From: Lama glama
Lineage: Eukaryota
Length of the DNA: 64,000 nucleotides
Reading direction: 5' to 3'
Assembly: GCA_028534125.1 (NCBI GenBank)
Contig: CM052817.1
Span: forward strand, 81,842,001 to 81,906,000
A program made the position numbers and the translations under genes. Below the pieces are notes generated by a model. The model was not told the DNA's origin. It saw nothing but the letters and a program-made list of their open reading frames with translations, and did not search any database. This document shows, piece by piece, positions 40,111 through 52,655 of the stretch; within the stretch, counting starts at the first letter, position 1, and the number at the start of each line of letters is the position of its first letter.

Positions 40111-40499
40111 TCTCTCCAGAACCACTGTTTCTCACCAGAGTCATTACATACTTGAGAATAGCAAGATTGGTTGCCAGATTAATAGATTAGTGTAGTAAGC
40201 TAGGAGAGTTATGACCATCATTTGAACAAGGATATTAATTGTAGGGGAGGAGGAAAAAGGATAGAATTAAGAAACAGAGGATATGGAAAGAAGGAATGGA
40301 AAATGAATATTTGATTAAAACTAGTCAGGGAGACATTTGAAGTGCCTCAGCATGTATGTATACTAGAATTTTTTTCCCTTTAGTTTTTAGCGTAGCAAAT
40401 ATGCATCAAATGATATCACTTATTTTACAATACTGCTCAAGCCTCACTAACAATAACAATTCTTTCAGGTAAAATAGACTCGAAGCAATTTTTGATAGA

Positions 40500-40730
40500 G
40501 CTAGGAATAAGTATTTACCAGACATTTTTTTTCTAAACACTTCACATATATTAAACCATTTAATACTTCTAAAAATTCTATGAGACATTTACTTATATTA
40601 TCACATTTAACCAATGAAGAAATTGAGAAACAACAAGGTTATGGCTTGTCTATCCCAAGGTCATATAATTTGTAATTGTCAGAAATAGATTTAAACCCAG
40701 ATGTTCTGGTTCCAAAGTCTGTAGTCTTAC
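40500..40730 (-). mobile_element. MIR SINE
   Basis: aatgaagaaattgagaaacaacaaggttatggcttg...cccaaggtcata...atttaaacccagatgttctggttccaaagtc. Confidence 0.75.
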
Positions 40731-40843
40731 ATAAAAATAAAGACTGCATATGTGCTAAGAACAATGGGGTATATGAAAAAGGCATGACTTAGTATTTAAG
40801 TATGCATAGACATTTAAAATATGCATAATATTTAAAAACTCAG

Positions 40844-41169
40844 GAGCAGAGTAGAAAAGTGGTTGTCAGGGGCTGGGAGTTACCGGGAATAGGGAGAGTT
40901 TGGTAAAATGGTGTAAACTCTCAGCTATAAGATGACTAAGGTCTGAGGATCTAATAGAAATCATGGTGACTATACTTGATAGCACTATAATGTATAGTTG
41001 AAATTTGCTGAGAGAATAGCACTTAAATATTCTCATTAAAAAGAAAAAGATAAATATGTGAGGTGATGGATATGTTAACTAAATAGGAGAATCCTTTCAC
41101 GATGTATACAGTATCTCAGATCACCGCAGTGTCTCCTTTTACACCTTAAAAAAGCTGAAATTAAAAAAG
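40844..41169 (+). mobile_element. L1 3' end (L1MA9-like)
   Basis: gcagagtagaaaagtggttgtcaggggctggg...cagctataagatgactaaggtctgaggatctaat...gaaatttgctgagagaatag...tatgtgaggtgatggatatgttaac; A-rich tail; possible TSD aaa(a/t)actcag at 40834-40843 and 41170-41179. Confidence 0.85.
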
Positions 41170-43174
41170 AAATACTCAGTTTAAATATCAGGTTGAGGAA
41201 AAAAAGGACATACTCTAGCTAGTTTTAAAACCATATGTCATAGAAAATTAGGAAGTTCTTCAGTTGTTCAGAGTAAGTGGAGTTCAATGAAAGATGGCTG
41301 AATTGAAAATCGTTTCCTGTAGAGAAATTCATGGGTGACCATTACCATTTATACTCAGACATCTATAGCATTTACCCTTCCTTACGCAGCACATGAGGTA
41401 CAGCTGCAGACTCATATACGCAAAAATTGGGTTTGGTGACTTTCGCCCACAAATCTACTATAGGTTTTAAACAGGAAAAGGGGTGTTTGTGTGTGGAAAT
41501 TCTGCCCTGTCTCAGGTAGGTAGAAATAATGAACAGAAGAGGAAAAGGCAATTTCCTACCTGATGGTGTAGAACTCTCTAAATCTGCCAGTCTAGTTTTC
41601 CCCCTTCTGTTTTAGGTTTTATAGGACTTTCTTAAATAGTCAGTTTAGCATTCGTCACTAGTTTGGAAATTAGTTTTCTGGAGCCAGTATGAAGTGTTAA
41701 GTATTTATAGACAGAAACTTTGGCAAAGACTACAGAGAATCTTGAAATGGCCTTTCCCTGTGGCAGAAGAGCTTGAACAGATTCAAGTGCAAATCCTGAT
41801 TTGTAAAGAGTAAGTGTGGGTTTGTGGAAATAAAGTGTATGATTGAGAAAGTTGGTTTTTCCAGTATGCCTTAGTGATTATTAAATAGCTGTGTTTTTTA
41901 TTTGAATCGCTTGGAGAGAAGCTCCATAGCATTCACAGTAAACAATTTATGCAGTTAGAATATGCAAAAGACAAAGTAAAGCAAACTAAAAAGACATTTT
42001 AGAGTAGAATGGGAATTGAGCCAATGAGCCCGACTGGTAGAGTCTTTGGAGGGAAGCCAGGAAGTCTGTGATATTTCTCTGGTTAGGATATGTATATGTG
42101 GTATTGGATTAAAAAAATGTTAACCCTTCCCACTGAATTTGAGACTCTCCTGATTCTGAAATTCAAAACTGAATGCAAATTAAGATTTTTTTTAAGTATG
42201 ATTAAAAAAATACCACATGCACGCTTGACATTTGGCAATGCCTCAGAGCTCTCAGAAAATGTCAAGATAGGAAAATATCCAAAAGCTTTTTTTTTTTTTT
42301 TTTGAGAAAAAGAAAGTTGGATTCTAGCCAAATGCCTGCTGAGGAATTCTTATGAGAATTTCTGGAAACTGTACTTTTTAAGGTAATCTTATTCTCCATG
42401 CTTGCATAGCCCCAAATGTTCCTTGAGTGAATTTAAAGTCTCATCTATTTGTGCCTTTTTGTTGTACATCCTCTAGACTTCAATGGTCAAGTATCACTTT
42501 GGCAAAGGGACAAAAAAAAAATATTGTGTTTGGCACTACACGATCTTAGAATACTTTGAGAATAAATATGCCAAGAGAGAATCATATTATGTAGCTTGAA
42601 TTATATTTTTCATGAATGATATGTATGTCTTTTTATGTTAAATAAGTTTATATCAGCCTTTTGCTTTTCCATTAAAATAAGTACACATACACAGATATCT
42701 GATATACTATGGTTGGAGGGCATAAGTGAGATACAATTTCAGGTAAATAATGTAAAATCAGCAGAGATCTTATCTAAACATAATATTTTAAATCTTATCA
42801 ACAGAGCTTTTAAGAGATTGGGAACAACTGTCTACAATCAAAAATAGCCAAGAAGGAAAATGTTTAACTTTCCTGCAACAATCTGGGAGATTACTATCAC
42901 CTGTATTAATTAATTCATATTAATTATATTAATAATTCTTTAAGGAAATGGCAGCGCATACCTTTTAAGAGACTTCCTTTCCAAAACCAGCAGGGGAGAA
43001 TATGGAGAGCCATGAAATCCCCACAGTATCTGCTGTGAAAGGTAGCGGGAGACTGCTGGAGCCTGGTGGCGTAGGGTGTATTTACTAGAGTATGCCCAGC
43101 TGAGAAACTGGCTTGATTTCCCGCTGTCTGCTATAAGGACCATAAGTAGTAATCTAGAAATAGTTGGCTTACCA

Positions 43175-43465
43175 TTTCATTTATTCAGTGAATAATGAAA
43201 GAGTCCCTAGTGTTTGCTAGACTTTGTGCCAGGGGCTGGGAACGTAGAAGTGGATAATAAGATGAAAAATGCCTCTTTGTAGGGGAGGATCGATTGTGGG
43301 GAAGATAATGACACAAATATATAAATAGGATAATTATGGATAGTGAGCTATTTTATGAATAAAACTAGATATATAATGATGTGCTGGAGAATGAAGGAGG
43401 GATATGGAGCGTACTCTTTATATAAGGTCATTTAGAGAACACCTCCCTGAGAAGGGGACATCCTA
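43175..43465 (-). mobile_element. L2 LINE 3' fragment
   Basis: ttcatttattcagtgaataatgaaagagtccctagtgtttgctagactttgtgccaggggctggg...cctccctgagaagggga. Confidence 0.7.
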
Positions 43466-44729
43466 AATGTCAATAATTCAGCTAGTCTCCTCCATCAGAG
43501 TGAGAATCATGCTTTCTTTGTTGCCTAGTATATCCAAAGTGCCTAGTACAGAGCCTGGTCTTTGGCAGACATAGTATGATTGTACTTTGTAAGTGCAAAT
43601 CACTTTAAAAAACATATTTTGATAGATATCATGTCATTTAATCTTTTGAATGACCTGAGGTAATGTGCCAAGAATTATTAGCTACATTTGATGAGTTTGA
43701 GATACTTAGATCTCACAACAAGTAAATGGCAGAGCTGGCCCCAAAAAAGGGTAAGAGGGGAGCTCCTCAGACAGTCCTCTTCTTAATATATGACACATGA
43801 TTCATGATTAGTTGTGTTGCTAATGTTGAGTATGGAATTTTATAAGACAACACATCACATTCATTTACCTAATAGTAGTGGACTGATACCAAATCAGTTT
43901 TGATATGCTTGTATCCTTAACAGTGGTCCAACAAGAAAGGCAGTGTTATCATATTCATGTTTATAAACAGAAACAGAAATTCAGAAAAGTTGTCTTGATC
44001 AAGTCACATACAATAACAAGTGGAAAATCCATGCTTTTACTCTAAGATTGAATACCAGAAGTCTGCTTTTATGGATGTCTTTATGAAGTTAAAATATATA
44101 TTTTTTTAATTCTAAATCTAACACCTCTGCTTTTCAAATACTACATAATGTTTTTTTTTTTCCTTTTTATAAAATGTTAGCTTTTCATGGTATCGAGCTT
44201 AGAAAATACACTAAAGAACAAAACACAATCACCATTAATGGTCTGGTATGAATAATTGAACACTTTATTTTTCCTAAAAAAATTACAAATGTGGAATGTG
44301 CTTTGAACTTTGTGTAAAAGCTAGAGTATTATTTGATTTAAATCTATTATTTAAGTTTATTTAGTGAAGTAATGATAATTCAATGAATTGTTCAAGTCAG
44401 AATTGTAATGATGTAGCTCCACATATACGAAGTAAGTCACCGTGAGGAATGTTTTGCCTATATTTCCTTTTTATCTTGATTTTATCGTAATTGCTCTAGT
44501 GGAGACATATTTTATCTGAAAAGAGGTGTAGAGATCCAAACAAGGGTAAGATCTCTAAAACAATATTGACATTTGTAACTGTGAGCCTAAAATGTGTTCC
44601 TTCTAACAACTGCAGTTTTATTTCTATAACTAGAATCTATATTATGTGCGTGTGTATGGAATGTTTGTGTTGTGTTGCTTGCAACGAGACTTCAGCGGTA
44701 TACTGTTCAGTGCTAGTACTCACATCAGC

Positions 44730-44935
44730 TCTCTTAATGAGCACTAAATGTGTGCCAGACACCATTCTATGCGCTGTATACCCTTTGTCTTATTTAACCA
44801 TCACAGCATCCCAATGAATGTGGTACTTTTATTATCTCAAAGTTACTGATGAAGAAATAGGGGCACATGCAGATTAAATAGTTTTCTAAGTTCATACAGA
44901 TAAAAATGGCAAATCCAGGATTTAAATCCACTAAT
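44730..44935 (-). mobile_element. MIR SINE
   Basis: taatgagcactaaatgtgtgccagacaccattcta...tactgatgaagaaatagggg...ccaggatttaaatcca. Confidence 0.8.
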
Positions 44936-45002
44936 AGCCTCCATGTCTACCTTTAGAAATAAGTGGAGGACAAGAAACAACCTTTGTTCAATATCTAATT
45001 TT

Positions 45003-45187
45003 ATTTTATTTTATTTTTAACCACTTTTATTGAATTATAGTTTTAATTTAGAATGTTGTGTTAGTTTCAGGTGTACAGCAAGGTGATTCAGTTATATGTT
45101 AGTATATGTATATATCTTTTTTTTTCAGATTCTTTTCCATTTTAGGTTATTGCAAGATATTGAATATAGTTCCCTGTGCTCTACAGT
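45003..45187 (-). mobile_element. 5'-truncated L1 3' end (artiodactyl-type)
   Basis: (TTTTA)n tail, then tagaatgttgtgttagtttcaggtgtacagcaaggtgattcagttata...atattgaatatagttccctgtgctctacagt. Approximate TSD aata(t/c)ctaatttt at 44990-45002 and 45194-45206. Confidence 0.85.
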
Positions 45188-45864
45188 TTTTATAATACCT
45201 AATTTTTAATAGCATCTAGATACAGATAATGAATGTATTATGAAATAATGGGAACTATAAGCATTCTATTTCAGACTATTATTTCCATTTTAAATAAAGT
45301 AGGATAAATGGCATATTTGTTAAAGTATGAAATGTTTGGAAAAGAATCTCAATTCTAGTCACAGATCTCTACTAACCCTGAAGTTAGGGATCCACTTTAA
45401 CTCTTTGGCCTGGAATTCTTTGTTCAAAGGAATCAAAGGCGATGATCTCTAAAATCTTTTCCAATTCTAAGATTTTATTAAATCACCTCCTATGTTACCA
45501 TTGTCTGTGAGTCACGGAGTGGAATGACGGCTTCAGCCTTCTCTGCATATTTCTCTTGCATCCTTACTTGTAAAGTGAAGCTGAGTGTAATGAAAGAAGG
45601 ATAAACTCACAGTCGTATTTAGTTGTCTTTGAAGTTCTTGCAGCATTTCAGAAGTTTGGTGACAAGCCCTTGTTTTCAAAGTGACAAAGTGTCAGTGTAA
45701 TTTGGTACACTTGAAAGTATTCCATAACAGATAACTAAAAATATTCTTTGGAAAATTTCAGAAAGTGCTATCTATAAAGAGCCACCTTGGTTAGCTTCAG
45801 TACAAATAAATTATAAGCATCACTTCCTTGTTCTATGGAGTTACTGATTTCAAATGCCTCTTAC

Positions 45865-45970
45865 CTATTTTTTGAGAGCTTTATTTAGCAAGGTATAATC
45901 CACTTATCATAAAGTTCACTCTTTTGAAGGGTACAATTCACTGATTTTTTTTTTAATGTTCACAGAAATG
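45865..45970 (-). mobile_element. Old L1 (L1MB/ME-like) 3' end fragment
   Basis: agctttatttagcaaggtataatccacttatcataaagttcactcttttgaagggtacaattcactgattttt. Confidence 0.65.
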
Positions 45971-46809
45971 TCTAGATTGACTCTTACTTTCTCTCTTTGC
46001 TTGTCTATACTATCTATTCCAACAAAGTGTGAGCTGGTGGCATTCTTTTAGTATTGCTAATGGATATGCGGGTATGGCAGGGAGAGCCTGCTAATCCTAG
46101 CTAAATGCAGATGAAATAGCTTGTAAAATCACAAGGAATAATTGAGTATTCAGATATAGATTCCCAGAAGCATGAAAAAGAAGACGATTAAAATAATACA
46201 TTTATTTGTCATACTATGAAACAGTGTAGGCTTGTTAGCATCAGATACGTTGTCAGATAAGACATTTGTCTCATATATTTAGAATAACTTTATGTGGACC
46301 TTAAATTCATAAAGGCATCTTAGCATCTTCTGAGCAAAATGAATTAACACTCCGGAGTTTTTTTGTTTTGTTTTGGTTTTGTTTTTTAGATTATCACTTG
46401 AGAAAGGGCAACATCATAACACTGAGTGGCACAGTCTGAAATTATTCTGTGGGTCTTAGTGATTTAGCAACTCATCAAACGACCATAAAGAAAGTTTGAT
46501 CCTTATTTTAGGTTCCTTCTTGTTGATTCTAAATTGAAAGTATAGCAAGAACGTTTTCACTGGCAATCGCCTTTATCTTAAGATGTAATGGCACAACACA
46601 TTTGGCAAAGTCACTAAATTATTTCTCATGTGTATGTTTGGTGGAGGCACTTATTACCATAGGAAAGATTTTAAAAATTAAGATTTTATTCCCTATCTTG
46701 TTTCAGCGATAGCTCCAGTGAGTGTTTGAATGTTTCCTTCATTTCACTGAATGATTATTCCTCATACTTAATTCAGACCTTGGCAACCTGCTTGGGTGCC
46801 CTAATGAGT

Positions 46810-46897
46810 GGGTTCCCTGGGGGTTAGGCCTGGCAATGTGTATTATGAAAACTCTGTCTGGTGATTCTAATTTGTAAACTTAGTTAGAAACCACTGC
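46810..46897. mobile_element. MER5-like MITE fragment
   Basis: ggggttaggcctggcaatgtgtatt...ctggtgattctaat...ttagaaaccactg. Confidence 0.55.
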
Positions 46898-49800
46898 ACT
46901 GAAAGTAAGTAAGCTCTTTTGTATCTCTACCCTGGGTTCAGTCATTTTCATTATCCAACAGACGTCTTTGTAAGTTGACTCAAAAGATTTTCCTGACTTT
47001 TGACGCTGTCCTGTCCATAAAAGTATTTTTAAAAGGAGCTGCTTAATTACTATTTTTAACTGATTAAGAGATTTCATTAATAAACATTTCAATGTATAGT
47101 AATTACTAGTAAGTTTTTTCATTTTAATAAGTTATTAGATTTGTAGTCACCTGCACTACATTTATACAAAAGCTATTTCTTTATATGACTTTCTGTTTGC
47201 CTGACCTGACATTACACAGAACTGCATTCTTTTTGCATTTGGAAGCTTGATTTTATATATGAAGAAGTTGAGGCGTAGAAAAGGTGACAGATGACTGGAT
47301 AAAGGCATCAAAACTAGAACCCAGGAAACTAGAGGTGCCTTTGCTAAATCTCACTCTGCTAATAGAGATCTTACTTTCAGCAAAATAACATCTGTCGTAT
47401 AAAATTATTGCTGTTAATTTGAATTTTATTGAGTATGCATTTAATTTGCAAATTTTATTGGTTTCTCATTTGTGTAAGAACTACATTTAAGAAGTTTTTA
47501 TCAAATATACATTTTTACATATTTAAATATGTACTGTTTCCACTCCAGTTTATGTGTTCTTTGTACCCTTTTACTTTCTTGCCTGACAATTAATAATATT
47601 TCTGAAACTATACTCAAAACAAGCTAATTTTGGTTTTGCTAAGATTTATTTAAATTTAAATCACTAGAAACTCTTAAATATACTATTTTATGACTATTAA
47701 CTAATACATACTTGAGTGGTTACTTATTCTTTTGTTCTGAGTAATCATGCACATTTTAAAAGACAAGTTACTAATCAAATGGAACTTTCAAATTTTAGGT
47801 TTTTATAAGTAACATTTGCTTTTGGAGAGCACTGGACTTCTATGAATTAAAGTCTACTCTAATCATGAATAAACAGATTCAAAAATGTTGGCAAAGCCTC
47901 CCAAACCAAAGCCAAATTAGGACATTTGAATTGATTTTAGTATTATCTTAGTAAATAAAAATAAGCAGTTAGATGTTTTGAGAATATTCATTAAAAGTAG
48001 AGAAAACCTTGTTCATTTAGTCACACGACTATTCTCTCTAGTAGGCAACTGAGTATAAACCATACGTCATTGGCTCCTTCAATAAACAATTTTCTCAAGC
48101 GGAAAACCTGAAAGAACATTGCAGGTACAGCAGGGTTGTAACCACTTATCCAGACACACAGACTAAGACATGAGCACTCTACTCCAGCACTCACATTTAA
48201 AAAAAAAAGTCATAGATGTGAAAACAGCTGGTGCCAAGTAGAAAGTATACCAACCCTGCCTCACACCAACAGACACGTTACTGTTGCGTGGATTGTATTG
48301 AACTGGACATAAGGACCAATGGATTTAGGAATGTAGTTTTTTAAAACCTAAACTGTTTGCAGCAAAATGTCATGATAATAGGCCAAGATAAAGGATAACT
48401 TTAAGCATGTCATTAGCTCTATTAGGTCAGAAAAGATGGCTTGGATCATTGCTATACATCCACCACTTAAAACAGCACATCGTAGGCCCTAAATAAATAT
48501 TCATTGCATGAATTAAGGAAATACAACTACAGAATTATAGTTATTGCTCAGAAAGATAATAATACATGACACAGCCGTCACTTTTAATATAAAAATAAGC
48601 TATAATTTAATATTATTTCCTGAGATGGGTACTGGGTCAGAAAGTTTTTTTCCTTATCACAGAGGAGTCATGAAACTAATTTCAAAACCATAGACAGTCC
48701 CAAATTAGGTCCCCAAATGGACAATTATTAACTGTAAAGTATTTTCTTTTAATAAGGTAATATTTGTGGTAAAGATTCTTGGCTCCAGGAATTTTAGACA
48801 AATTTTCTAATCTTTGGTTTTACAAATTTGTTTTTTCATGTGACTAAATAAATATTTATTGTCATTTCCTGCTCACCAAAAAGTGCAGTGCAATTTTTCA
48901 AATAGATATGAGTGCACCCTCTAAATTTAATAACATTCAAAATACTGTGCAATAAATAAAAGTTCCATGCTCAATATTCACAATTGCAAGGTAACTTAGA
49001 TTACTTTCTCAACTGCTACTACGAAAAATTTAAATGTAGGAAATAAACTGAACTGAGAAGATTAAGTTTTCCTATGGGGTGGTTTCATTGCTGATGGAGT
49101 AATTGGGAGCTACGTCCTCTATTATAAAATGTTTACAAAAATTGCTTGATTTGCCGTTTCATTGGTTGAATTGAAAGTGCATGCTGTACCAAAAAAAAGG
49201 ATGTGTCTTGTGAACAAGAAATGTGTCTATGCAAGGATCAATAGAAAAACCTTGATGAAATGAAGTGTGGAAAATGATTACAGGCTCATTCTAGTTTCTT
49301 TGAGTTTGCAGTTCTTTGGAACCATAAAGCTTGTCGTGCCTTGATTTTTGACAAGGAATATACCTTTTTTTAAAAAATGAGAGCTAATTGAATTTTACTG
49401 ACATGATTAAAAACATGTTGTCAGAGAGAATGAAAAATGAATGTTAACATGTTAAACTAACTTTTGAAAAGTGAATGTAGTAGACTGTAGAAATCTAAAA
49501 CAAACACATTGATATTTTCTAGTATGTAAACTGTATGCATTTAATATTTCTCTTCACCTAATTTTTTTACTTCATACTTATATTTTAAAAAACCAATTTC
49601 TAACCTGTATTTCCCATGCTTTTATGGAGTTTATACTCTTATGGAAATTGGATAGGTGAAGATAGTTACCTACTAAAAAGACATACATTGAAAGAGGTAA
49701 ATCTGGCTGTTGTGAATACTATTAATACAATCAGATAACAATATTCACTTGCAAAGGTCATTTTTGTCATAGTCAATAGTCTGTATTGAGGTGTTCTTAG

Positions 49801-50766
49801 AAAATACTTTAAAAAGAAAGACCTCTACAGATACACAGATGTTTTTAGTAAAGGGAAATTTTATATGAAAATTTGCATGATGATTTTCATATATATGTAC
49901 ATACAATATTAAAATTTGTTGTTGATAAAAACATATTGAGAATGCTTAGTCACACTTAAATATTAGTAAAAAAAAGTTAACAAAGACCATTAAAACTAGT
50001 TTATTCTCTTATTAAAAACTATTCTCTGATTAACTGAAACAACAATCACAGGCTCAAATAGCTAAATACAACCACGAGAGGAAAGGGGTAGATTTCCTGT
50101 AACATTTATTAACATAAGCAGGCTGTGAGAATTCTATTAGTCTGGACAGGAGAACCGCAGTGTTTCTCCTGTTTTCCTTATTAGTTTTGACAGATTTGAA
50201 GTGCTTGCAATTCTGCACTACTAGGTTTCCATGAATCCCTTATTCTGATATAGCTTAATTTTTGCATACTTACCTTGGGTTTAAAAATGCAATCGTTTCT
50301 TAAACCTGAGTGGAAAAAAAAACCCTAGTGATAGATTATATGAAAAGTTTTTCTTTTGTTTTCATTTCAGTGAAGAGAATATACCTTTATTTGAAGAACA
50401 AAATCAAAGCATCTATTGATATCATCCTAGTCATTGTTACAGAGTCATAAATTGAGAGAGTGATGTATTTGGACAAAGTAATCAAACCATGTTATTTTGT
50501 GGGGATGATTACTTGTAGTCAGTAACTGCTTATAATTGGCATCTTTTTCATTACTCTTGAGTCTAACCTCTTATCTTACAAGGTACACAGATGTTTTATT
50601 GTATTTTGCACATTATTTTCTCCTTATTGGAAGAGTACACTTTCGTAGCAGTTCAACCATTTCTTTAATGGTGCAGTAATTTTTAAAAATATATTAATCT
50701 TCTTGTGACACTGCTATTACATTAAAAACCTTCACTACTTTGGCTTCAAAAATGAGAAATAAAAGA

Positions 50767-50883
50767 GGAGTGAGGGTATATAGCTTAGTGGTAGAGTGTG
50801 TGCTTAACATGCACACAGCCCTGGGTTCATTCTGCAGTACCTCCATTAAAATAAAAAAAAATAATTACCCCCCCAAAAATAAA
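50767..50883 (+). mobile_element. tRNA-derived camelid SINE (vic-1 type)
   Basis: gagggtatatagcttagtggtagagtgtgtgcttaacatgcacacagccctgggttcattctgcagtacctcc, then A-rich/C-run/A-rich tail; same family as 20256-20376. Approximate TSD aaata(a/g)aaga at 50757-50766 and 50884-50893. Confidence 0.85.
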
Positions 50884-52204
50884 AAATAGAAGACAGTGTT
50901 CTGTACTGAAACATCTTTTTAAAGAAAATCTGCTTTGTCATTTATTTCTTTATTTTTGACATTTAACAATATTTTTCCTATTAATTTGCTTTTACTTTGA
51001 TAAACATCAGAGGATCATTCTTAGGACTTTCATTATTCAATGTAATTTTACCAGTTGATGGTGTCCTCTGCTCTTAATTTTGCATATAAAATAACCATTC
51101 TCTTCATTTTTTACATATGTAATGACAACATGTGCTATTGCAATAAGCATATTGACTTTAAAATCATTGCATAAACACATATTAAGTGCCTGCTGTATGT
51201 TAGACACTACACCAAAAACTAAACATTCCACTGAAGCTTAGAAGAGAAACATTCTTTCTGAATTCTTTGAAATGGGCTTTCTAAATATAAAGTACAGTGC
51301 ACTACAAACATGTTTTGCCGTGACAGTGAATTTGAATTTTTCAGAAAATATGTTTTACATTTTAGAGCAGATAAAAGCTATATTCATTCCTGGTTATTGA
51401 TGAGCTAATGCTATTTCATATGAATAAAAATTGTTATAGTTTTGAAGTAAAAAAAGCCCCACAAAGCTTTACATGGGATTAAATTTTACACTGTGAAATA
51501 GTTGTTTTAAATATATAAAGAAATATAAGCAATATAAACTAATAACCAACTAAAACAGAGTAGAATAGCTGTAAGTCAAAACATTATGTCTTTTGTGCTG
51601 CGTAACAGAAATTTCTTTAAAGGTGAAGACTCACGTGCAAAGGTGAAACAGGGCAGAGGGATTCATTTGGCACGGTGGCAAGTCCATAAAAAGTAGCTAG
51701 CCAGGCCTCATGTGGGTACTAGAGAAGCACTGAAGATGGAGTCAAAGAGATGCGCTCTCTCTTATTGTGGTCGTGTTTTTAGTGTTCTCTTGTAGTGTTC
51801 CCCATTTTTTCATCATTTTCTACTCTTAAGAAAGAGGATTTGATTGACTGAACCCAGCCATGATTTGTTCCTCTTGGGTCATGTATTTCCACCCTCTTCT
51901 TCTAATCTTTGGATTGTGAGAGCAGTGGGAAGCTTGAAGATCCTGTCTGGTTTTGAGTTGCCCTTCTAAGGGGTGTGTCATGCTAAGTGAGAATGGGAAG
52001 TTCCACAGGGTAGGAAGAGTTATGAATAAGTTCATAGCAATAAATCCTACAAGGCATGCCACAGCTATCAGTATACATGAACATTTTTCTCTTTTTTGCC
52101 TCTTACTTTAAACAGAACAATAATCCATCATTTAAAACGTAGAAAATAAGTAACGTATTCAGTAACAATAAGCAATTCAATTCAGGAAGCCATTGTTTTG
52201 GCTT

Positions 52205-52655
52205 CTGTATCTGTTACCTGTTGCCTCAGTACTGTTGTATAATGAAGACCCACACAGCCTCAAAGGCCTACAGCAATATATATTTATTCTCACTGATCTC
52301 TGGGTAGGCAATTGGGTTGATCTCAGCTGGGCTCAACGGGAAATCTGCTTCAGGCTACAAGTCTCTCAGTTCGCTGGGACTCCTCTACTCAATATCTGTT
52401 GTCCTCCTTCAGGTACTAATGAACTCACAGGCACATGGCATTCTAGTGACCATGGCAGAGGTACGAGAGAGCAAATACATTTCAAGTCTCTACCTGTGTC
52501 ATATTTGTAAATATCCCATTGACCGAAACCATAATCATGGATGAGCCCAAAGTCATGAGGCAGAGAGAGAAACTCCATGTAAAGGTGGGAGGGACTGCGA
52601 AGTTGCTTATAGGCAGGAGTGAAGAATCAGGATCAATAATTCAATCAACCAGAGA
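52205..52655 (-). mobile_element. MaLR LTR (MLT1-like) solo LTR
   Basis: cctcaaaggcctacagcaatatatatttattctcactgatctctggg...tctcagctgggctc...catggcagagg...atttcaagtctctacctgtgtcatatttgtaaatatcccattgaccgaaacc. Confidence 0.75.

Noticed and set aside
50767..50845. tRNA gene
   Set aside because: Degenerate B box and stems, A-rich tail and TSD indicate a SINE; the same applies to 20256-20376.
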